64,000 bases of DNA from Centroscyllium fabricii (lineage: Eukaryota): the NCBI GenBank assembly GCA_051313645.2, contig JBNRSN020000008.1, positions 115,258,001 through 115,322,000 of the forward strand, given 5' to 3'. Below, one piece after another: positions 48,161-61,505 of the stretch. A program made the position numbers and the translations under genes. The notes beneath the pieces were generated by a model. That model worked only from the letters and a program-made list of their open reading frames with translations, searched no databases and had not been told where the DNA came from. Within the stretch, counting starts at the first letter, position 1; every line of letters begins with the position of its first letter.

Positions 48161-49870
48161 TGTTGACTCACGTCACTCATTGATTTGGTAAATAGTCCGT
48201 CCGTTGGTCTCCGATTCTTGGCTTGGAGAGGCATGGTGTGTGGAGCTTGGCATCATTTTAATCCTTTTACTCAAAGGGAGACACAATCTCATAGGTTGAC
48301 ACCATTAACACCGAACCAAATCCCCTTTTTGATCATTTAGTCATTTTATTATCTTGGATGGGGGGAGAAACAATACAAATACCAATTGTTCTGATGTTAA
48401 AAGAAAATGAGAAAACAATTTTGAATAGATGAGTTAGCACCACTTACCCTATTCAAAGTTGTACAAGTATTCGGTTAGTTTAGGGTCTGATTTCAATGTG
48501 CAATTATTAACACTACATGAATTTATAATGTCATTCTTCACTAAGCAGAATAGGAAAAAAAAAAATAGCACCTCTATGTTACACACTAGATATTGTAACA
48601 CAAATCTGCCATTACATTAATTGGAACTTTTGGTTCTCTTACAACTTCACTGCAGCCTTTTAATGGTCTTCTTTGCATGGAAACTTCTTGCGTGGGAAAT
48701 GGCGCTTACTCTTTAGGCTACTGGAAATGGGAACTTTTATTCTTCAGTACTTTTGCAGGTTCCAGCTTTCGGAATTGATATCTGAGCTTCACTCTGCTGC
48801 TGTTTGAAAGGCTCTGTATAGAATTGATAGATTTGCTGCATGTCTACATTGTACTTTTTGTAGTGGCCATTATTGAACCACCTTTTAGGCCTTGAATTAT
48901 TGTTTGATATCTGTTTACTAAATGACATTACTGGTGAGATATTTATAGTCTGTATTTCTTTTCTTTTGTGAGCCAAAATATAGTATTTTAAAAGTGAAGC
49001 CAATTTTCTGGAGTCAATACTGCAGCAAAACCTTTCCAGTTTGGGAAAGAGTAACCCTGCAGGATGATCTGTTGCAAACATAGTATTTGATGGAGTTAGA
49101 TTTATCTAACTGAGGAACAGTTAATCCCTTAAATTTCATAACTATACTGCTGCATAAAATCTAGTTTAGTATAAATTCGATAGTTGGTTTTTTTCACCTG
49201 TGAACGAGAAATTTCTGCTAAAAACAAATCAGTTAAGCAGTACCCGACCGATTAACAGACTGACCTGAGGCAGAATTTTCGACAGTGCTTTTAGAGGAGA
49301 TTAACGGTGATCTTTTTGTCATGTTAAAGCCTCTATATGAAAACTATCAAGTTTAGGTGTTTCTGGCCAATTTTCTTCCCTCTCTCCCGAGTCTTGAAGG
49401 GCTATGGGTTAATGGGTAGTGTTGGCCTTCCACTAACTCATCCAAGTCAGCATTGATTGTTTGTTTTATGAGCCACCACAATGTGTTGGCAGACTATTTG
49501 ACCAATGAGGTCTTGTAGCTGAATCCGATGTTGTCTTCACCCAGTGTCCACAGATGTGCACTTCTAGCAGAAGTCACTGATCAGTGAACAATAACCTGAC
49601 TTTTTTAATTGCTTTATCCTGGGGGGTGATAACCCTCTAATGGCCTGTGGTTTAACTTAAAAAATAAATTGCTGGTAATAATAACTTGAGCTATTCTATT
49701 CCATTATTCCTCAGCAGGATGGTAAGTGACTTTAGCACAAAATGTTTCATTTCTGTGTGGTATGCTTCTCAATTAGAAAATGTCTATGGAGGATTGGAGT
49801 GTTTCCTTTCTGAGGGTACAGTATTACACAACTGATCTTTATAATGATCCCATTTTCCCCCTGTTTACAG

Positions 49871-50035
49871 TGTGGATTTTTTAAACGTTCCCGTTATGAT
49901 GACAGTGTTCCACGGTACCATGCAGTTCGAATCCGGAAAGAAGAGCGACAATCCTTTGAGGATGGAAAATTGAACAAGAAACAAGACAAGAAACAATGGA
50001 TGACAACATGGCAGGAAAATGAGAGTTACTCCTAA
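49871..50035 (+). CDS. ITGA6: Terminal exon encoding the alpha6B cytoplasmic tail
   Basis: tttacag| CGFFKRSRYDDSVPRYHAVRIRKEERQ...KKQWMTTWQENESYS*. Confidence 0.97.
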   Translation, partial: CGFFKRSRYDDSVPRYHAVRIRKEERQSFEDGKLNKKQDKKQWMTTWQENESYS

Positions 50036-53000
50036 GATCCATTCTCTTTGTATTCTTGAAATTATTGAATTTAGGACTCCAAAGTAACCTATACTACGTT
50101 GATACTGCATTACTGTGCATTGATTTCTCTTCAACTGTCTGAGGATGGCTCTTGGTTACGTAAAGATTTTCTGTTTTGCACAGCACATATCTTAGTGTGC
50201 CTACCCTCCTTATCTTTAAGTACATTCAGAATGCCTTTTGGAGTGTGTGGTTTTTAGACTGTTCATACTTGACATGTTTTGGTGCATAAGATGTACCTTG
50301 CAAACCAACAGTATGGAATTAGTATCTGCTCCAGAATATAGATGGGAAAAAAACTTCTAATTACATTCAGTAACATTTTGGTCTTAGCCATTTTTAATCT
50401 GAAGTAATGTGCAATAGTCAACTGTGCAACTGACTATTGATTTTCAATTGATGAATGTGTCTCAGTATTGCCAGGACCCAGTTTGTGTATTCAGAAAAAT
50501 AGTCAACATTTTGAACTGGGATTGAAAGTAAACCTGTACATTTTTGTAAATAGTTATATATTTTAGAATGTCCTGGTATTTATTTTGTCATGAATTGTGT
50601 CCTTTTAGTCATTAGTGTGACCACAGATGGCTAAGTTTCCCTTCAGGTAGAAAAACATGTTCTGGATGTAAAAATGGACTACATTCTGCTCTGTTCAATA
50701 TTTTTAGTGACGATGTAGACTTGACCAAGAAGGGTTTAATATCTGGAGTAAGTGCTATCTGACTATTTTCCTATGATTAGTTTTACTTTGAGTTAGCTTT
50801 ACCTGCCATATGCTACTGAAAAGGAAAGGAGAAAAAACACTTTTAATGAACTTGGTGAGCTTGTTAAAGTTGACCTTCTGCAGCATTCTGTAGTTGCACA
50901 ATCAAATCAAAAAATGAGTCATTTGTTCCTTTCCAGACCTGAAGATAAGCAATTCCTCTGTTTTGCTGGTTTTGCCCCTAGTACCTTGAACTTTGCCACA
51001 TTGCTTGTATATTTGCACCACTGCAAAGTTCTCCCCTAGCTGATGACATAGTGGCTGCCTGCATAGCCAACTGGTAATCTACATGAAATACAGAAAGACT
51101 GTTGTCCATATCAATGACTAACCCTAATGGTTTTGCATCAGTATTAGAAGTCCCTTTTGCTGTGGGCTTATTTCTTTCATGCTAACTCGCAGCAGGCAAT
51201 GGGACTACTGCAACAGAATCATTTATGCAGGACTACATGATGGCAGAGAGCTGCTAATGACACGAGTGCTCCATACGTACCACTGCTGGAAGGCATCGCA
51301 CGATGGATATTGCTGTGTGTGAGCAGTGGGCATTTATGAGGTCTCAGGATTTCTCTCATGACTGCCTGTAACTCTTCAAGAAATTGAAGCTAGCTATGAT
51401 TGTATCTTGGACTTTGGATCCCAAAGCATCAGTGAAAATGTCCATGAACAATCCTCCTTGAGCACTGCTCCACTGCAGCTAGGTATGGTCTGCATCACTG
51501 TTGTCACCAGTGCAGGTACCACTGCTGTGTCATGTGCCTAATGGCAAGCTGCAGTGCAAATAACTATTCCAGTATCCTTATTAACATTTCTTCTCTGTCA
51601 GTAGTATTTTTTGAATACATCTTTAATAACTGCTGCATTCCTTTACGTGCATATGTGTTCTGTGCTCGTACTTTTCTGCAATATTCTTGCCTTTTTTTAT
51701 ACATTTGCAACAGGATGCTGTGTTGGTTTTTTCCATGACACATGACCTTGTCTGTTGCCTCATTTTGCCTAGTAGGGACTGAAGGCTTCCCACCAGAAAT
51801 TTGCATCCATTTCTGCATTGCAGTGGTTACCAGTGCATTCAGGGGCAGTTTATTTAAAAATATCTTTGTAAATGTAAAAATTAAAAATATTACACACTCC
51901 ATAGCACTAAAAGTGAACTTTTCAACATTTGTAATAGTTGATTGGCTGATACCCTCCCTCTCCCCAACTATATGTGGATATTTTATTTTTCTCAAGCAAA
52001 GCAAAATATAGTCCCATATGTTATTTATCTAGTATAAGAGTGATAAGACTGCACTGATTTGGTTCAGCACACGGACTTAATGACAAAGGGTAAAATTTTA
52101 AAAGTTAGTTATGGCTCTGATTTATGTTTAAAGAAACACTGATTTTTAGATGCAGATGTTGACTACTATAATTTTGGCAGAAGTTGTGCACATATATTTT
52201 GCATTGTAAAAGCAGATTTATAAAATAAGATGAGTTTATAAGAAAATCAAGCTTTTTTCCAGTTTTATTTGTGAATTAATATTGTATGTCACTCCACAAT
52301 GCAAGTTAAAATTTTTGTTTGCCCCTGGTTTTTTCCTCGCTCTAAGGTGGCTGACTTGCTGAGGTGTGGTTCTATGATTGCTAGTCATCTTCCATGAAGT
52401 AAATTACCCAATTAGGCTTTCCTCGTATGATCCAATATGACAGGCTTTAGATGAGAAGATGACATGTCACAGCTAAGCCTGATCTATTCTCACCTGACGT
52501 CCACACATATGCACTTTCCAGCATAGGTTACTGGACAGCAATTGAGTGGGAACCCTGGATGACTTTCCCTTTACTAATCCTGGGATGCTGAAGCCAAATT
52601 CCAAGTGCTCTTAGTGTCACCCAAAATGAGCACAGACCAGGAATTGGACAGGGAGCTGCATAACAAATTCATTTAGAAATGTTTTTTAAAATAATTTTGA
52701 TAAAGTTAAATTTTACAAAACAGCATTTTCCCTTTTTTTCTTAAAAGAAACGCCTGTAATTTCTGAGACGCTGGCACTGCTATTCTTCTGCAATAACATG
52801 AATGTCTTCCCTTCCTCAAAAAGCTAATCTTTTCACAACTAAGTTCGATTTGTTGATGGCACAGCTTTTCTGCTGTAAGGGGTCCGACTACTCTACAACC
52901 TCTTAAGTCGAGCAACAAAAAAATTGCTCTGTACATTGTACAGTATTATTGCAGGGCAGTTTTGCTTGTTAGGCTTACCAATTTTTAAAATTAATATGGA

Positions 53001-53215
53001 CTTGCTGCTTGCAGCACACTAATACAACTTTGCCATTAAGGAATAATATTAGTAGATGCAGTGTTATGATAATCTTTCAGGTCATCAGTTTGATTTGTGG
53101 ATTAACCCAAAGTTCAACTCACTCCGATGACCACTTCAACAGACTTCTAAAAAAGTTAGATTGGCCTGGGTTTTTTTTTCAAATTGAAATAAAGTTTTGT
53201 AAATCCATGCACTGC
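50036..53215 (+). other. ITGA6: ITGA6 3'UTR (3' end uncertain)
   Basis: AU-rich, largely free of young repeats; candidate poly(A) signals ATTAAA near 51880 and AATAAA 53188-53193. Confidence 0.5.
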
Positions 53216-53271
53216 ATTTTGTACATTTCTTAAGGACACATTGGATAGAACATCTATTCAGCATGGAAAGG

Positions 53272-53685
53272 ATAAGGCTTGCATTTATATAGTGCATTTC
53301 ACCACCTCAGGCCGTCCTAAAGCGCTTTACAGCCAATGACGTACTTTTGAAGTGTCACTGTTCTAATGTAGGAATATGCGGCAGCGAATTGCAGACATCA
53401 AGATCCCACAAACAGCAATGAAATACGTGACCACATAATAAGAAATAGGAGCAGGAATTGGCCCCTTGAGCCAAGTGTGATGTTGGTTGAGAGATAACAG
53501 TGAAGATGGGGCCTTGTTTTAACGTCTTATCTGAAAGTTGACACCTCCAACAATGCAACACTTCCTCAGTACTGTTTGGAAATGTTGGCCTGGATTACAT
53601 GCTCCAGACTCTGGAGTGGGCCTATGAACCCGCAACCTTCTGACTCGGAGGTAAGATTGCTACCACTGAACAAAGGCTGATGCTT
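53272..53685 (-). mobile_element. DeuSINE (SacSINE1-like), near full length
   Basis: tRNA-like head (tcagtggtagc...gggttc), Deu domain, L2-type tail. Confidence 0.78.
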
Positions 53686-55373
53686 CGGAAGTGGAAAATA
53701 GGATGAAAATTGTTCAACAGTCTGACCACAGACCTATCCCAAAATTGAATGCTCAGTACAATACCACAAACATGCAATATGGCAGACACAAGTGTGCATT
53801 GCAGTCCCTGGTCTCAAAGTGTGATTTATTTTCATTGCATTGTCATTAACATATGTTTACCTATCATTAGAAATGTTTTTGATTTAAAAAACAAATTAGT
53901 ATGCAAAGCATGAATAAAGAGAAAAGGCAATAGGAATGCTTCAATATCCGTAGTGGGTCTTGGTTGAAACTAATTTTCATTATTGCAATTTAATTTCATC
54001 TGAACACATCTTTTGTTACATCATCCCCAGATGAGGTTTTTTTTAGTTTAAAAACAGTTGGCGATACCACCTGGTTAGAGCAATCTCTTAATAATTTGAA
54101 TTCCTGGAAATCTAGAAAGAATTCCAGATGAAATGTGAAATGATCTAAGTGCTTTCAGTTTAAGATTATCATAGATACAACACTGGTCAATGATCTAATT
54201 ATTAGCTAAAAGTTAATGATGTGATCATTTCTTTAGCAATGACTCACTTTTGTTTTTGAAGCGACCCCCAGATGATGTGACCTGGCACAACAAGTAGGCT
54301 TCAGGTGTTTGTGTTATTAGAACATGTTTTCAGCAGTTTCTCCATTCAGAGGTATGTAGAGCAGGCAAGTAAGGAATTACTGTCTGTACTGGTGATTACA
54401 GGCTACTGCTGCAATTACCTGAATGTTCTTTTGCTGGTCATGGCACAGTTAAAATAGAATGGATTCTTTCCATGAATTGTAAATGATCAAATATGCTGCA
54501 CATGGTGTACTTGAATTTCAAGGAAATTCAAATATGCCACTTTGAAACTTCTGGGCAAAAATTGCTATAGTGACACAAACATCCGCAGCCTGGTTGTGAT
54601 GCGCAGCTTACAAATTACTTTTCAATACATTTTCTATAATTAACTTAGGAGTTTATCAAGACTATACATTTTTTTAAAGTTCAGCATTTCTCATGCTAGA
54701 TTTGATTAATATCAAATTATTAATATGGATACCAATCTGACCTAAAGATAAACACGCCGTCATCAGCTAGTTAGAATACATTTTCATCTTCACCACCTGG
54801 ACAGTAATCTGGCAAAACTGATTGCGTGCCCTTTGTACAACCCACCTGAAATTCATTCCATTGATTTCAATACAACAAAGTTCTGTAATCAGTGACATGT
54901 TTTTCTTTTACTCTCCTTCACATACACGATCTCTTGGTTTAGAAAGTGCTCTCCATAGACTTTACCTGATAACACTTTTTAAATGAATCCTCTAGCTTTG
55001 CAAATAATTTTGCTATAATATAAAGAAAGATATTCCACCAGTACAGCTAACTAGATGAGACTGATGCACCCGGGAAAATTAGCTACACTCTACATGCACA
55101 GACCGCAATCTAAACTTAAATCACAGCACCACAACTCCGGGACACCCAAGCCCATACCGCAGCTTTTGAGATGAGGTTGAGGCCTTCAAGTAAAGACTTT
55201 AATGAAGCCACTAAAAGACAATTGAATGGATACATTTAATCATGCCACTGTAAAATATGTATTGTTTTACATTTTGTTTAAATCCTTACTGATTTTAAAA
55301 TGGCAGATGAAAAATTTCAGAATGCAGTTTGAGCGACTTGTGAGGAAAAGATAATACAGATGATAAGTTTAAT

Positions 55374-55582
55374 CACTAATACGATAGCAAACTACTGCGG
55401 ATGCTGGAAATCCGAAATAACAACAGAAAACACTGGAAAAACTCAGCAGGCCAGGCAGCATCGGTGGAGAGAGAAATAGAGTCAACGTTTCGGGTCGAAA
55501 CCCTTCTGCAGACCTGAAACGTTGGCTCTTTCTCTCTCCGCGGATGTTGCCTGGCCTGCTGAGTTTTTCCAGCATTTTCTGT
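55374..55582. mobile_element. Two Penelope tails joined in inverted orientation
   Basis: 55430-55500 and 55510-55580 are reverse complements, meeting at the hammerhead region. Confidence 0.8.
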
Positions 55583-57204
55583 TACATAAGTTTAAACAGC
55601 TGGCTTCTGTTAAAAGAAATCACAGTGTGAAAATTAAGGGCATCTCATTTACAGTGATGTCTGCATGTCCATACATGTTACAACATTGTGGCTTTTTAAA
55701 TAACTTGAACCACCTCTATTGGCTCTCTCTGCAGGGAGGTTTTATTCAGAGTACCTCATTGTGCATATGTTTATCTGAAAGAAAGCACAACTACAGTATT
55801 GTGGCTTTTGAAAATGCCTTTGAAAGGATTTCTTTATGTTCAGGATTGCCTATGAGTTTGGCAAATGTCACAAAAGAAAAGCTTTTGCCAGATAACCTGC
55901 CAAGAACAGTTTCTGTTCAACTGCCTGGGAACTGATATCAGACTTCAGGAAGCTTTTCAGAGCTCTGTGTTCCACCCTCATTAGAGATACTCGACCCCTC
56001 TCTAATGAAATAGCTCTTAAATTACATGATACCCTAAATAGCTTTGTTTGAGAACACTTCAAATACTTCACCTGTCCATTTTACAGAATTTGTCTTATAG
56101 GGTTAAACTGAGTAATTACATTTTAGATACATTTCAAAATTAGATTTAAACCCAATAAATCCTGGAAATGTTAACTTCAGCATATGGCTGATTATCTTCC
56201 TGGTTGGTGCAGGTAGCACTTCATTTTCCCTGTATCACCAGGCAACACCACCCTGGAATGCACTTTCACCTGTCTGTGTCAGGCACAGATAGCTCCATGG
56301 TGGAAGAGGCACTAAGAATGCAGCAGATGATGCATGTCAATGTCTTTTAGCATTACACTTTGTGAAGACCATGGAAGAGTTTATTTAAAGCAATTGTTTT
56401 ACTAATTAAACCTGAAGTTTTCTAATTGTAAGTATTTTCCCCAGCTTTATTTCAGGCAAGTTTCACATTTAAATATTAACAAATGCTCCTTTTTCTATTA
56501 CAAACTGCTTAAATGTAATACTCATCAGCCAACACCTATCTGATTAACAGCACCTGTGGGTCTTTTTTTCTAGGCATTGACAACACAAAATAAATATTGT
56601 TTCTCTAAATATCAAAAGTTGAATAGTATTTTAGTTTGTTTTTTCAAGTGATTTACATGTAACTGGCAGATAAATTTGAATTATTGGGTTTCTCCTTATT
56701 AGTTGCAATGTACATCAATCATGACAAGCCCCGCCCAAGTTATTTTTCTTCATCTGAGAGATGGAGAACCATTATTGTGGCATAAAAGTGAATTGTTTGC
56801 TTTCAAATTTAGAAACTGCATAGACAAACTTGTGAATAATTCACATGGTAATTATTATTTCTACATGGAAATTTATGTTGATCTAAGATTGGGAAAGTTG
56901 TGGAATGATGATCCAAATGGTTGAATGATGCTACAAAAAGGACAAGGAGTAGTTTAGGCTATATTCCCCTGCCCCCAATTCCAACAGACAGTGGGGTTAA
57001 AATTCCTCCCTTTGTGTATTAGTTTGCTTTTTGACAATCATTTTTGCTGAGCGACCATGTACATTGGATATAGTACAATATAATTCAAAATTATCCAAGC
57101 AGTCAAGTTTACCTTCTCCTGCAAGATCAAAAAAGAGTATTAATCCTTGAGACTGACTCTTACTGAAATATTTTTCCATGGACGATGACTACCCTTTGGT
57201 TCCT

Positions 57205-58340
57205 CAACAATAACAACAACTTGTATTTATAGAACGTCTTTTAACACAGTGAACCAATCCAAGGCGCTTCACAGGAGCATTATCCAGCAACATTTGACAT
57301 CGAGCCACATAAGGAGATATTAGGACAGATGACCAAAACTTTTTTTAAAGAGGTAGGTTTTAAGGAACATCTTAAAGGAGGAAAGATGGGTAGAGAGGTG
57401 GCGAGGTTTAGAGAGGGAATTCCAGAGCCTAGGCAGCTGAAGGCACGGCCACCAATGGTGGAGCGATTAAAATCAGGGATGCACATGAGGCTAGAATTGG
57501 AGGAGTGCAGAGATCTTGGCAGGTTGTATGGCTGGAGGAGGTTACAAAGATAGCTAGGGGACGAGGCCATGGAGGGATTTGAAAACAAGGATGAGAATGG
57601 GAGCCAATGTAGGTCAGCAAGCACAGGTGCGATGGTTGAACAGGACATGGTGCGAGTAAGGTACAGGGAGCAGAGTGATCATTCTTTATATATAATTATA
57701 AACACACTTTCCAGCACCAAAGCTGAAGAAGCAGAGAGGAATAGGGAGAGATGTGTGGGTTAGGTTGATTGGCCATGATAAATTGACCCTTAGTGTTAGG
57801 GGGATTGAATATGTGGGTTTACGGGGATAGGATGGGATATGTGTCGGTGCAAGCTCGATAGGGATCGAGGGATATGGGGACAAGGCAGGGACAGGGTACT
57901 GGGTGTGGATGATCAGCCATGATCTCATTGAATGGCGGAGCAGGCTCGAAGGGCTGAATGGCCTACTCCTGCTCCTATCTTCTATATTTCTATGTAATTA
58001 CAGAGCAAGGGGCCCAGTAGCCGAAGGCATGGCTGTTAATGGTGGGTCAAAGGGTTGGGGGGCTGAGTTAGAGGAAGAGTGTGTTCGGGGGTGGAGCTTC
58101 TATGGAGCCATGGACAGATCTAAAAAAAAAGGATAAGAATTCTAAATTTGAGGGTTGGGAGATCAAGAGCCAATTTAGGTCAGCAAAAACAGGGATGGTG
58201 GATGAGTAGGACTTGGTATGGGATAGGATACAGGCAGGAGAGCTTTGGATGAGCTGAAATTTTAGGAGGATGCAAAGTTGGCCAGGACAGCAGTGGAATT
58301 GTTGAGTGACAGAAACAGGTGAGGGTTTCAGCAGTAGATA
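57205..58340 (-). mobile_element. L2 LINE 3' fragments, interrupted by an HE1 SINE
   Basis: IAPVLADLHWLP...YLCNLLQPYNLPRSLHSS...GGRAFS; (ttg)n tail. Confidence 0.78.
57748..57993 (+). mobile_element. HE1/V-SINE, 5'-truncated
   Basis: reverse complement of 25929-26180. Confidence 0.88.
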
Positions 58341-60955
58341 TTCTTTTATTCATTCATGGGATGTGGGCATTGCTGGCAAGGTCAACGTTTATTGCCCAAC
58401 CCTAGTTGCCCTTGAGAAGGTGGTGGTGAGCTGCCTTCTTGAACCACTGCAGTCCGTGTGGTGAAGGTGCCGTTAGGGAGGGAGTTCCAGGATTTTGACC
58501 CAGAGATGATAAAGGAACGGCGATACATTTCCAAGTCAGGAGTGTGTCACTTGGAGGGGAACTGGCAGGTGGTGCTGTTCGCATGCATGCACCTGCTGCC
58601 CTTGTCCTTCTAGGTGGTAGAGGTTGCGGGTGTGGCAGGAGCAGCCGAAGAAGCCTTGGCGAGTTGCTGCTGTGCATCTTGTAGATGGTACACACTGCAG
58701 CCACAGTACACTGGTGGTGGAGGGAGTGAATGTTTATGGTGGTGGATGGGGTGCCAATCAAGCGTGCTGCTTTGTCCTGGATGGTGTTGAGCTTTTTGAG
58801 TGTTGTTGGAGCTGCCCTCATCCAGGCAAGTGGAGAGTATTCCATCACACTCCTTACTTGTGCCTTGTAGATGATGGAAAGGCTTTGGTGAACAGGAGCC
58901 AAGACACTCACCACAGAATATTCAGCCCCTGACCTGCTCTTGTTGCCATAGTATTTATATGGCTGGTCCAGTTAAGTTTCTGGTCAATGGTGACCCCCAG
59001 GATGTTGATGGTGGGGGATTCGGCGATGGTAATGCCTTTGAATGTCAAGGGATGGGAGTTAGACGCTTGCATTTTGGGGATTGTCATTGCCTGGCACTTG
59101 TGTGGCACAAATGTTACCTGCCACTTATCAGCTCAAGTCTGAATGTTGTCCAGGTCTTGCTGCATGGGAGCATGGACTGCTTCATTATCTGAGGAGTGGC
59201 AAATGGCATTGTGCAGTCATCAGCGAACATCCCCACTTCTGACCTTATGATGGAGGGAAAGTCATTGATGAAGAAACTGAAGATGGTTGGACCTAGGACA
59301 CTGCCCTGAGGAACACCTGCAGTGATGTCCTGGGGCTGTGATGCTTGACCTCCAACCACCACAACCATTTTCCTTTGTGCAAGTTCTCCCCCCGATTCCC
59401 ATTGACTTCAGTTTTACTAGGGCTCCTTGATGCCACACTTGGTCAAATGCTGCCTTGATGTCAAGGGCAGTCACTCTCACCTCACCTCTGGAATTCAGCT
59501 CTTTTGTCCATGTTTGGACCAAGGCTGTAATGAGTTCTGGAGCCAAGTGGTCCTGGCAGAACTCAAACTGGGCATCAGTGAGCAGGTTATTGGTGAGTAA
59601 GTGCTGCTTGATAGCACTGTCGACAACACCTTCCATGATGATTAAGAGTAGACTAATTGGCCGGATTGGATTTGTCCTATTTTTCTTTTTGTGGTCAGGG
59701 CATAACGGGCAGTTTACCACATTGTCTGATAGATGCCAGTGTTGTAGCTGTACTAGAACAGCTTGACTAGAACCGTGGCTATTTCTGGAGCACAAGTCTT
59801 AAGCATGACAGCCGGAATGTTGTCAGGGCCCATAGCCTTTGCTGTATCCAGTGTGCTCAGCCATTTATTGATATAAGAACATAAGAAATAGGAGCAGGAG
59901 TAGGCCAATCAGCTCCTCGAGCCTGCTCCGCCATTCAACAAGATCATGGCTGATCTGATCCTAACCTCAATTTTACTTTTATTTTTACTCTCCATCCCGC
60001 CCAAACCCATGTGAGGCGGGAGAGGCGAAAAACCAGATTAAAAAAACCAGTGGCCAATTTGGGAGAAAAAATATGGGAAATTCCTCTCCGACCCATCTAG
60101 GTGATCGAAAACTGGTCCAGGAGATCACATGGCCGATCTGAACCTAGCCTCACGTCCACTTACCTGCCCGCTCACCATAACTCCTAATTCCCTTTACTTC
60201 CAGCTAATTCCCTTTACTTCACATGGGAGTGAATCGAATTGGCTGAAGACTGGCTTCTGTGGTGGTGGGGACATCAGGAGGAGACTGATATAGATAAGAT
60301 AAGATTCAATTTATTGTCATTGTAAAGTGAACATACACAAAACAACGAAATGCAAACATGCAATCTCCCAAATTATTAAAATGTCCTTTAGTCCCAGTCT
60401 GATCCATTCCATCCCATCAGGATCACCCGGCGCTGCAGCCACGATGCGGCCGGTGCCCGGCCACGCAGGCCCTGGCGCTCCGGCCACGACGGCCTCGCAG
60501 CTCTCAGCGCCCGACGGCCTTGCAGCTCCCGGGCCTCGCAGCTCTCCGCGCCCGACGGCCCCACAGCTCCCGGGCCTCGCATATGGATCATCCACTCAGC
60601 ACTTCTGGCTGAAGGTGGTTGCAAATGCTTCAGCTTTTTCTTTTGCACTCACGCACTGGGCTCCACCATAATTGACAATGGCGATATTCATGGAGCCTCC
60701 TCCTCCCATTAGTTGTTTAATGGTCCACCACCATTCACGACTGGATGTGGCAGGACTGCAGAGCTTTGATCTGATCAGTTGATTGTGGGATGGCTTAGCT
60801 CTGTCGATAGCATGCTGCTTCCACTTTCTAGCATGTAGTCCTGTGTTGCAGCTTCCCCAGGTTGGCACTGCATTGTTCGGTATGCCTGGTGCTAGTCCTG
60901 GCATGTTCTACTACACACCTTATTGAACCAGGGTTGGTTTCCTGGCTTGATGGTA
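58340..60955 (-). mobile_element. CR1-group LINE RT region (same family as 15011-16925), frameshifted, with nested inserts
   Basis: RPISLL, ALDIKAAFDQVWH, GVPQGSVLGP, MFADD, YKAQVRSVMEY; inserts at 59873-60220 and 60290-60580. Confidence 0.9.
60290..60580 (-). mobile_element. CpG-rich Rex1-tailed non-autonomous element, 5'-truncated
   Basis: tail catttcgttgttttgtgtatgttcactttacaatgacaataaattgaatc(ttatc)n, homologous to 40990-41067. Confidence 0.75.
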
Positions 60956-61505
60956 ACATAGAAACATAGGGGGGAATTTTCATGTCCCCATCAGGCGGGG
61001 TTTTGGGCGGGCGGGAGATGAAAATTAGACAATTTTGGTTCCCGCCCAAGCTCGCCCATTCCCCGCCGGATTAGAATTTTCGTGCGGGCTTTTTTCCCGC
61101 CCCAAATCTTTCCCGCCGGCGCCTGGCGGGGATGCTTGTTAAGGTTGTTAAGGGCCCTTAATTGGCATCAGCAATCCCATTTTAAGGGCCCTTCGCCATT
61201 TTCATGTGTTTCACGCACAAAACCCACCAAGATAAACCCCGTCAGGTGAAACCCTTGTGTGAACTCACTCGGACTGCTGAGTATCTGTGTCCGGTCACTC
61301 AATGAAGGCTCACATTTAATCAGCCGTCATTCGCTTCCCCAAACACATTGTTGTCTCAGTCTTGGGGATATTTGCAACAGGCTTCAGCACACCTGTGGGA
61401 GGTTGAATCCTCAAACACTTCTGCAGTGTGACCTGGGAAAGCCCTCTCACTCCCCCCCTCCCTCCCTCACTCGGTGCTTCCTCAGCCGAGGCTGCCAGCA
61501 CAACC

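Noticed and set aside
51532-52011. 146-aa antisense ORF and overlapping sense ORFs in the 3'UTR
   Set aside because: Low-information translations of AT-rich UTR with no domain signature.
53700-57200. Exons of a downstream neighbour such as PDK1
   Set aside because: No recognisable coding exons or CpG promoter seen; AT-rich intergenic sequence.
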